64,000 nt of DNA from Octopus sinensis. Taxonomy: Eukaryota. Where the stretch lies: positions 63,562,464 to 63,626,463 of the forward strand of contig NC_043011.1 of assembly GCF_006345805.1 (NCBI RefSeq). Direction: 5' to 3'. Below the pieces are notes generated by a model, which did no database searches, had not been told where the DNA came from, and saw nothing but the letters and a program-made list of their open reading frames with translations. Shown piece by piece: positions 54,401-64,000 of the stretch (the stretch's first letter is position 1; each line of letters starts with the position of its first letter). Made by a program: the position numbers and the translations under genes.

Positions 54401-55600
54401 TTCCGCTTCCAGCGTATTTCATCGACCATTTTATAATAGAGCGATGACCCACACAACTTATAACTTAGCGTTTACATTCACACATTTTCCTGATAATTAA
54501 GTGTTACAAATCAAACTTTCAAAGAGTTGGCGACACACTGGATTCTATTAGCAGTAACCTACCGAAAAGTCATAAGGAAAATTCCAAATAGGATGTCGGT
54601 ATAGCATAATATATTTTCCCATTCAGCATCATTCAGTTCATCTCCGATTAATCTGAAATTACGATCAGAATGGTTTCACCCACACCCCCCAACATTTCAT
54701 ATTAACACCTTAAATAATTTTCCAAAGTATCGTCGGCGTGGTAGCAAATATAATGTGTCATACATGTGCGGATGTGCTTTAAGAACACGAGTTTAAATTA
54801 GGGAGAAAGAGCTTTTAAGGTCTACGTCGTAGATTAAAGTCGAGAATATCGCATGTGTAGACAATAAATATTTTGAATTATAATTGCATCTGAAAATGTT
54901 TTGTTTATAGATATATTTTATGTGCATTTCAAATGCATGTGCATTAATATATCTTGTATTTTATAACATATATTTCGATACTAGGTTTGTTATTAAAAAA
55001 GTGGGATATTTTTGTTTTACTTCGGTCTACCAACATTCTAATGAATCTCCGTTTCTCCAGAAACAGACGTTGAACACTCATAACACCGTACTTTCCCCCT
55101 TAAATAGTTTTTTGTACTCTGTCTAAGTTTGATGTATTAATATAAATATTTATATATTATGCTTAAATATTCATCGTTTGAAAGTCTTCAGTTCTTTGGT
55201 TCCGTATGATTGTCATGTATACATACGTACGTATATTGAATCTTTAAACCAGGGTGTTTATTTAAATTGTTTATCCACGTAATTGCCTCCGTATCTGCTT
55301 ATCTTGAATCCCCTAACAGCCACTCTTTACCACGCAGAAATTGTCCCACATGTAGACATCGAAGTCAAAGTTCAAATCATTTGAGCTGTATTACAAGTTT
55401 TTTCTAAATAGGTGGAATTTACAAGCTGAGTGACAATTCCTAGAAATAATAGTTATTAAAAACTAATCAAAGCAATTATCCGTAACTTTTATCACAACTA
55501 ACAGCGACTACATTATTCATCTGGATAATACCTCCCTTAAAATCATCTCTCTCTTTCTCTCTCTCCTCTCTCACTCACACACACACAAGATATATACATA

Positions 55601-55677
<77 letters not shown>

Positions 55678-55693
55678 AGTATGTATCTGTGTG

Positions 55694-55731
<38 letters not shown>

Positions 55732-55869
55732 GTGAATTTACTATCGTCTAAATTAAGCAAAAATGAAAGTAACACTAACATTTCACTTAATATATTGAAA
55801 TACTAAAGAATAAATATATTCAACAAAATCGACAGTGGCTTCAATCAAGATCTCCGTACGACTTTCGAA

Positions 55870-56345
55870 TCTCTTTCAACTCTACTGGACGGTCCCCTTC
55901 ATCCTTGCCTTCAGTTCATCATTGGTGTTCCAAGGAGATTTATTGGTCTCTCGTTCAAATGCACCCCTCGCAGGTACTTGATGTAGCCTTCCGTGTTGTA
56001 TCCGAGGCTGCGTGGGAAGAGGAATGGAAGCATAAATACTGCAGCATTTGGGATCATTGGAAACGCCATAATATTGACTGGAAGATTGAATTGTATAACT
56101 CTCACTGCAGGAATTGTCCTCAGATTGACACCCAAACACTCTGAAATGTTTCGTATTAGAACATCCGGCGCGAATGCAAAGTAGTCCAAGATGTCGTTTC
56201 CAAATTTCTGGCAGAGTCAATTGAGACATGGTGATTTCTATCTCAAAGACTGTCAACAACTGACCCTACAGTACTATGTAGTAGTCAAAATTAAAAAGAG
56301 ACAATGGGTATGCGAAAAATTCAAGATATAAATGGTGAAATAATT
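55870..56345 (-). mobile_element. DD37D (maT-like) transposon remnant, internally deleted
   Basis: PVNIMAF..FMLPFLFPRSLGYNTEGYIKYL and GAFERETNKSPWNTNDELKARM; same superfamily as 9493-9885. Confidence 0.8.
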
Positions 56346-56399
56346 TAAGGTTCAATAATTTAAGAGTTTTCTTATGTATATACATACATACATACAAAC

Positions 56400-56480
<81 letters not shown>

Positions 56481-56494
56481 TTACTTTTTTCATT

Positions 56495-56790
56495 CGAGTG
56501 CGTCTATGCTGCAGCGCTGCCTTCACTAGAACAAGTCGGCCCCAATACATATTCTTTGTAAGCGTAGTATTTATTCTATCTGTCTCTGTGTCGAACTGCT
56601 AAGATTTGGGGACGACAATACATAAACAGGCACACAAATATACATACATATATATATATATATATAGAGAGAGAGATAGATAGATATATAGATATATAGG
56701 TATACAGATATATGTATCACTGGTTCTTTTCAGTTTCCGTCTAGCAAATCCACTCTCAAGGATGTGGTTGGGAAGCAAGCTCCATACTAC
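56495..56790 (-). mobile_element. Old Octopus SINE copy
   Basis: ttctttcagtttccgtctagcaaatccactctcaagg..gtggttgggaagcaagct. Confidence 0.65.
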
Positions 56791-56881
56791 ACAGCCTCTC
56801 CTGAATATATTCTAAATAAATAAATATATATAAATAAATATATATAAATATTCATATATATATATATATATATATATATAC

Positions 56882-57115
56882 GTGGAGGTGCAATGGCCCA
56901 GTGGTTAAGGCAGCGGAGTCGCGGTTTCGATTACCTGACCGTGTGGTGTGTGTGTTTATTAAGCGAAAACACCTAAAAGCTCCACGAGGCTCCGGCTCAG
57001 TCTTTCTTCCTGTTTCTTGGGTAACGCTGCGATGGACTGGCGTCCCGTTCAGCTAGTGGGCGTCACATACGCCACAGAAACCAGGAAACCTGGCCTATGA
57101 GCTTGAAAAGGGCGC
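56882..57115 (+). mobile_element. tRNA-derived SINE
   Basis: gtggaggtgcaatggcccagtggttaaggcagcgg..ggtttcgatt..gcgaaaacacctaaaagctc, as at 47922. Confidence 0.75.
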
Positions 57116-58219
57116 ATAAAAAATATATATGCACATATACATATATGTGCGTGTGTGTGTTTTTGCGCGTGTGTATGAGCCTCTGCGTGTGTATGAGCCT
57201 CTCTCTCTCTCTGTATACAGATATATGCGTGAGAGTTTACGCATGTGTAAATTTTATCCTTACCTAATAAATTAAAATCGTATCACACAAAGATGAATAC
57301 CATCAATATGAATATCAGTTCTGTTAGGAGAGACAAAGCAACACACTTCGGGAGGCCGCTTGGAATGTCAAGTTCGTCTGGAATATACAGAAAGCTTCGG
57401 AATTGAAATGCACTTTTAAATGTTACGAGAAAAATAACTTTTACCAACATATACATTATTTCTGATCAATGATTCTTCTGATTTCGTTTTTGGATTCAGC
57501 TTGCAAGATTCTTTATATGAATACATGTGTTAAAACAAAATTCGTTTTGTCTAAGGAGGACCATTATGCCAATATTAATTTCACTCGCACATTGGTTCAG
57601 ATTCAGTTCGCTATTATTAGACAATTGTCTAAATATCTATCAAATAAACCAATCGATCATTCGTTTAACCTGTTCGCTAATCAATCAGTCACATGTTTTG
57701 TTTTTGTTTTTGATTTTATTTTGTTTTCGTGATTGATTAACGACTTGACTAATGCTAAAGGTGTGGAACCGAAACAGTGCGCGTGCTATTAACACTGACA
57801 TTTCTGATCCGCTCCGAATAATTTCATTTATTGATCTCACTGATATGAGCTGATATATTACGAAGCGATACAATTACTAGTGTTCAATAACTCTGTTGCT
57901 ACCAAACCGAAAGAGACTGTCTCTGGCTCTTTAGTACAAATGCCTTTCTTGAAAAGTTTTAAAATCTTGAAACAAATCTTATTTACCATTTCTGTTCCTA
58001 ACACTAGCTGAATAATAACTTATTTCACTAAATTCTTTGTTATACTTAAAATTAATTGAAAGAAACACAGCAAGGAATAGAAATATGGTAAGAAACGGTT
58101 TAATATCGCTAAATGGAAATGATTATTTCACTGGGATTAGTTTGTTGTATCGGGCACAGACTCAACATGAATACATTTATAAATAAATAATTACTGCAGT
58201 TGTTTGATGAAGGTTCGTC

Positions 58220-58495
58220 CCATAGCAGTTAGGGTATCGAACTCACGATCGCTAGATTGACGGTTCGCGTGACACGTTGTGTTCTTGAGCAAAACACTTC
58301 GTTTCATGTTGTTCCTCTCCAACCGTAAACGGATAAGACTACGAAGGAATACATTTCAGATAAGTTGAATGCCGGCCTGCTCGCCTGACGAGGAGAGGCA
58401 TCGTTCGAGAACTAAAACGCTGCAATGTGAATTCTGACCATCAATATATAACAACATCTTATAGATTGGTCAATCACGTGATCACTTAATAACTT
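58220..58495 (+). mobile_element. Old tRNA-derived SINE
   Basis: Degenerate head, cttgagcaaaacact core, and gcctgctcgc...ctaaaac body. Confidence 0.45.
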
Positions 58496-59349
58496 AGTAG
58501 GAGACATACTTTCGATTGAAGTTTTAAACATAGCAATCTATATATGACTATTGGATTACATTCGCCGAAACACTTCTCATTTCTTTAGCTCAATATATAT
58601 TCGCATGACTAAATGCCTCTTACAATAGTGAGAAAATAACTTACCAGCACATAATTCTCCGTACCTAACTTTCATTAATAGGATGCATCTTTGGTTTCCG
58701 AATCGAAAACAATTCAGAAACAACTTCAAACGCCTAGCAGAGAGATATACGTCAAGCGATGTAATTGAAAAATCAATAGATTAATGCTGTTACAAACAGG
58801 GATCTATAAGTTAAGACTTTGCTTTTGTATTGTCATAGTGTCAAACATGGTTCAACCACATATATCTTGTAACATTGTTTCCTAATATAACTTCAGGGTA
58901 CTTTATATCTGCCTCATATAGAGTACAGAAAAATTATGTACGAACTTGTCGTGTATTAATTTAAAATGGCGACAAACATCAATTTCTCTATAGGATCGGC
59001 TTCAAGAATTTAACAATGAACTCAAGAACAGCCTTAATACACAAATAAGGGATCTCGTCCTATGACTGCGGTGTCGAGAGCTCGTACTCATTCCTCGATA
59101 TTTACGTATACATACATACATATATATATATATATGACTAATATTCATAATCAAACTAAATTACTATGTTCAACGTATCTGTTAATCTATCTAGATTAAA
59201 ATGATAAGCGTCTAATTAATCAACTCAATCAATTCCATTCATGAAAATACTATAAAAAATTTGAAATTATATAAATAATCTCAAATCAATTATATAGATA
59301 TTATATATAGATAGTATACATGGATATTAATATAACGAGTTTATATAAT

Positions 59350-59632
59350 GGATTTGAGTCTGGGCAAGGTTGTTTATGGAAGACCAGCAGTCGCCCATGC
59401 ATACCAGCCTCCCCTCTCCATACCCCCAGTGTTATCCAAGGGAAAGGCAAAGGGACCGATACAGCTTGGCACCTGTGACGTAGCAACTCATTTCTACAGC
59501 TAAGGGAACTGGAATAACGTGAAATAAAGTGTCTTGCTCAAGAGCACAACAGACAGCCCAGTCGGGGGTTCGAAATCAAAACCACATGATCGTAAGCTTG
59601 ATGCTCTAAACATTGAGCCATGCGCCTTCACA
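59350..59632 (-). mobile_element. tRNA-derived SINE
   Basis: Minus strand gtgaaggcgcatggctcaatgtttagagc..gatttcgaaccccgac..cttgagcaagacactttatttcacg. Confidence 0.8.
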
Positions 59633-60292
59633 CACATGCATATATTGTATACGTACCTGTATCTGTATGTATGTTTACTTGCATGATTATATGTATGTAT
59701 GTTTGTAAATACTTGCATGTATGTGAATTTGCCTGTGCCAAACCACCGCTAAATAATATGTAAGAGAGCGGCGTAATAAACCCTCTCAATTTTCCGTAAC
59801 CAACAATAGACAAGCTCTGCTTTTAATATGAACATTTTGGCTGATTATACCCTAATTCACTGACATTTCTTTAACGACGCGAATGAGAGCGTGTGTGTGA
59901 GTGTACGCCTGTATATGTGTTCATGTCAATTCGTGTATACTTATTCTTCATTTTATATTTTAATTCGCATCATTTCTCAGGTTGTATTCAGTTGTCTATT
60001 ACTTTAATATTTGTTTATGCATTCACTCTGAACAATCAACATACCCATCAAAAGGTTATGACCCCGAAATTAATTCCATTCTCTTTCATTGTAGCTAACA
60101 TAAAACGGGGGACAATAAAATGGTAAGAAAAACTCAGTCCCACTTAGTTTTTTACACGAGTCACATCCTCCCTGGTGGGACGCAATAAAATTAGCCGTTA
60201 CTCTCATAAGGGAAACATGCAGGATAGGTCGAAAGGATAATCAGGTTGAATAAAGGTTTTTTGTTAAATCTATTTTCCGTCTACCTCATTCA

Positions 60293-60297
<5 letters not shown>

Positions 60298-60342
<45 letters not shown>

Positions 60343-60350
60343 ATATAAAT

Positions 60351-60401
<51 letters not shown>

Positions 60402-60428
60402 CACAAACACACATATATATATATATAC

Positions 60429-60480
<52 letters not shown>
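60298..60480. repeat. (TA)n/(CA)n compound microsatellite
   Basis: Direct sequence. Confidence 0.97.
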
Positions 60481-60484
<4 letters not shown>

Positions 60485-60643
60485 TTATATGTGTGTGTAC
60501 GTGCATATACATATATGCATATATGTACGCATATGCATCTATGCAGGCAAACATGCATTCATGCACGTATGTATACCTATCTATAACTATCTATTTAGCT
60601 ACGATGCATAGGCACACACACGGATATATGCAATAATAATAAT

Positions 60644-60650
60644 AATAATA

Positions 60651-60698
<48 letters not shown>

Positions 60699-60714
60699 GT
60701 TGTTGTTGTTGTTG

Positions 60715-60748
<34 letters not shown>
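60644..60748. repeat. (TAA)n/(TTA)n/(TTG)n compound microsatellite with a strand switch
   Basis: Direct sequence. Confidence 0.95.
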
Positions 60749-60750
<2 letters not shown>

Positions 60751-61179
60751 GCAGCGTTCTAATTAATTTCCTGATTTTATAACCACCGAGTAACGTGGGA
60801 TATATTAGAAAAATATTAGTAAGCACCCTGCGCAGTGCCGTGAAACACGAAACCAAATATATTTTACATAGCATACATAAAACTATATTTGAAAGACGTA
60901 TATGCTACATACAGCAATAATAGTTAGAAGAAGCTGCTAAGAAGAATTGTATATACTTGCAAAAATTCTTATCGGGGTCAAGATTAGGATAACGTTGCAC
61001 GGCTTGGCGGCAATTTGCTGCGCCCCAACTTAAGCACGGAACTGCTGTTGTGGCACCTATAAACTAAAGAAGAATTTCTTGCAACCCTTATATATTTCAA
61101 ATTACAAATGCAAAATAATGTGAGGTTATGATTATACGAGTCTTTTATCATGGAGTTCTTAAGATTTTATATAGTTTAT

Positions 61180-61528
61180 AATGATAATAATAATAATAAC
61201 AATAATAACAATATTACTAATAATAATGACAATAATAATAATAACAATAATAATAATAACAACAACAACAATAACAATGATAATAATAACAATAATAATA
61301 ATATTAATAATAATAATAATAACAATAATAATAATAGCAACAACAACAACAATAACAATAATAATAATAATGATAATAATAATAATAATAATAAATACAC
61401 ACACACACACATATATATAATAATAAAAGTAATAATAACATTAATATTAATAACAACAACAACAACAGCAACAATAATAATAATGATAATAATAATAATA
61501 ATAACAATAATAATAATAATAATAATAT
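61180..61528. repeat. (TAA/CAA)n microsatellite
   Basis: Direct sequence. Confidence 0.97.
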
Positions 61529-61529
61529 T

Positions 61530-61600
61530 TGAGCAGAATATTAGCTGTAGTCCATTTCTTATACCAAGGCAAATTTATGTACATGCTGACGATCAGTTTC
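61530..61600 (-). mobile_element. Fragment of the 550-bp TAA-flanked element
   Basis: ttgagcagaatattagctgtagtccatttcttataccaaggc resembles 34846-34900. Confidence 0.55.
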
Positions 61601-61749
61601 AATGTTTGCTGTTTCGTGGCTAATGCCTGCTGTGCTTTAGTGAAATGCTTTACATTTGATCTTGTAGGCTTTGTTCTTTCTGGCAAACACATTTTTCTAA
61701 ATGTTTCTCCCTTTTCGAAAGCAGCATCGGTTTCCACACAAACTGTACT

Positions 61750-61951
61750 CTTTTACTCGTTTCAATATGTGACTGTCGCCATGCTAAAGTCCCGCCTTTA
61801 GTCTAAAAATCGCCCCAGGACATTATTTATAAGCCAAGTACTATCGGTTCTTTTGCCGAGCCACTAAATTACGGGGATGTAAACACACTGCATCGTTTGT
61901 CAAGCGATGTCACGGGACAAACACAGACACAAAAACAGATACACACATACA

Positions 61952-62021
<70 letters not shown>

Positions 62022-62180
62022 CGACGGGTTTCTTTAAGTTTGCGTCTACCAAATCCACTCACAAGGCTTTGGTCGGTCCAATGCTATAGCAGAAGACACT
62101 TGCCCAAGGTGCCACGTAGTTTGACTGAACCGGGAACCACGTGGTTCGTAAGCAAGCTACTTACCACACAGCCACTCCTG
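61750..62180 (-). mobile_element. Octopus SINE with expanded internal (TA)n
   Basis: Matches 44998-45393. Confidence 0.85.
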
Positions 62181-62559
62181 GAAGTTTTGGTGTTAGAAGA
62201 ATGCGCTAGACTACTGCTTGCTTGTTTGCAGTGACAAGTTTCATACTCTTCGATGGGAATGTTGGTTTCAGACGTATCCAATAGGGTTTCACATGCTTTC
62301 TTAATATAATTGCAAACTGATCTCATATGTCAGGATTTACTAAAATACATCAATGTAGCATCTACATTTGGTTTCATGCGTATTGTCTGAATTTAGATAG
62401 AGGCGAATTTTAAATGATACTATTCGGTGGCCAGAGGAAACATTATTAAACATATCAAATGCCATGCATTTCATGGCTCTTTTTACCACTTTTTGTTACC
62501 AAAAGAAATGTAGTCTAATTGTACTTTTGAACCATTTGTGTATCTCAATGTGCACTGCT

Positions 62560-63450
62560 TCCCAACTGACATTTGATATCTTGTGTTAAGACAGATGAGA
62601 TCATTTTCAGCTATGAATTCATGCAGATATTCTCCATACCGTGAAAGCTCTATTTATATTTATACTTTGGGAGGTGAGCAATACATGAGCAATACATTAT
62701 GACAAGAGATTTGTCTCACAATATAAGAGAATTCATGGTAGAATATGACAACCGCTGCTTCATCAGAGTCCTTTTGTTGAACATCTGTTGGACAGGAGCA
62801 AGGTATAACATTGGTGTGTGGTTTTCCGATACAGGTTCCTCTCATAATTCTAGGATAGATCTTTTCAATACCGCTGAGTGCGGAGAGCGTGCGGAGTGAG
62901 CAGCATTCCTACTCCTCCCGGTGTATAGTCGTTAGGGCCTTTCAGGCAGAAGACGTGATTATGTTTCGCGCATATCCAACTTCATTATGTGCTATTTCGT
63001 GATCACCGCGATGATAACCGTTTTCATCTATAAAAATAATACCGACACTTTACTTTTCAGCAGATTGAGTGAGTTTTGGTAATTGATCTAAGGTGGAAAG
63101 GTTTTGAGTTTGATATCGTTACTGAATTTACGAACACTGAAGACAAATTCACAACCCCAATAGGATGCACCACTTCTTGACTGATGTGACGAGCAAGGCG
63201 GTTTAAGCATCTGATATGAGAACGGGATATGCTAATCTTACGTTAGCTGAACATTCCATAGTTGGACGCAACACCAATGGACATTGCAGCAGTGGCCATA
63301 CTGTCCCAGGTGACGGTGTGCGCTGAATTTGTAAGTCATCCCGCCAAAAATCATTGACAAAGAGCAGCACTTCAGCCGAAACAAGCGCATCCATCATCCT
63401 GCGTTCCGTGGCTTAACCATACCTCTCTGAGTTACGATTTTTTTTTTAAT
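62560..63450 (+). mobile_element. Decayed Penelope-like RT plus GIY-YIG
   Basis: Motifs in the expected order: DEIIFSYEF.QIFSIP (A); YLYFG..LS..I.EFMVEY (B); CW.G.RYNIGVW (C); LAEH..AVA..KIIDKEQH..IH (EN). Confidence 0.55.
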
Positions 63451-63638
63451 CATTGAAGTTTATTTATCTTGGGTGATTATTTTCGTCTGGAACCTGGCTC
63501 TCGACCTCTCTGGCATAGTTAGCCTACCTGGCGGCGAACACCTTCCAGCTCGTGAGTTTAATTGGAAAACAATTATAAATATAAAATGTGATATGAAAGA
63601 TATAAAATATAAAATTCAAAAATATAAATAGAATAAAT

Positions 63639-63747
63639 TATATATAAGTCATAAGATATAGTGTATATTTAAACACGTAGAGAATCCACATAGAGAGTGG
63701 ATTCTCTATGTGTTTAAATATACACTATGTCGTATGACTAATATATA
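63639..63747. repeat. Near-perfect hairpin, 51-bp arms and 7-nt loop
   Basis: Arms 63639-63689 and 63697-63747; two mismatches, plus two positions that are G:U pairs on the + strand. Confidence 0.95.
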
Positions 63748-63855
63748 GTCGTTTCGACTAAAATTTATTACGCGTTAGTTCACCGGAAATGTAAATTTTG
63801 ATTGAATGTTTTTAATTTTAATTAAATTCCATTTCCCTTTGATGTGATTAAATGC

Positions 63856-63887
<32 letters not shown>

Positions 63888-64000
63888 GAGGGAATAATAT
63901 TCTACCAAAGAGATACGTTTTATTTATTATTTTGCACATTACTTAATCATCGGTATATTATCTTTATCTTATATTTAATATTTCTATTATAAGTAATTTT

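Noticed and set aside
60783-60808. ccgagtaacgtgggatatattag resembling a Helitron 3' end
   Set aside because: The hairpin is broken, there is no CTAG, and no Helitron body lies upstream
63735-63790. Minus-strand ccggtga-actaa..ttagtc-gaaac-gactatatattagtc-ata resembling a hammerhead
   Set aside because: Two core substitutions, a missing stem II base and no stem I partner

Overview
AT-rich eukaryotic DNA, very likely Octopus. That assignment rests on the SINE, R4/Dong and Tc1/maT repeat sequences I recognise and on dense (TA)n/(TAA)n/(TTC)n arrays; it was not confirmed by a search. No host protein-coding gene, rRNA, true tRNA gene or CRISPR array can be supported. The window is intergenic or deep-intronic and made mostly of decayed mobile elements. 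Main results: (1) A young-looking, 5'-truncated Penelope-like retroelement (22.9-26.6 kb, minus strand). It has a 427-codon open RT-thumb plus GIY-YIG frame and a ~290-bp inverted pseudo-LTR, and each pLTR copy carries a type I hammerhead ribozyme. (2) A second, unrelated, compact hammerhead at 22705-22748, about 300 nt downstream on the same strand, so dual cleavage could release a circularisable ~296-nt RNA. (3) Two near-perfect DNA hairpins (14135-14369 and 63639-63747) whose loops repeat a short piece of their own arm. (4) A >=3.1-kb dispersed duplication (1-3177 and 17645-20782). (5) A 2.4-kb Helitron with scrambled RepHel fragments. (6) R4/Dong LINE pieces and a 550-bp non-coding partner, mostly abutting (TAA)n arrays. 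All calls come from reading and hand translation; no database search was run.
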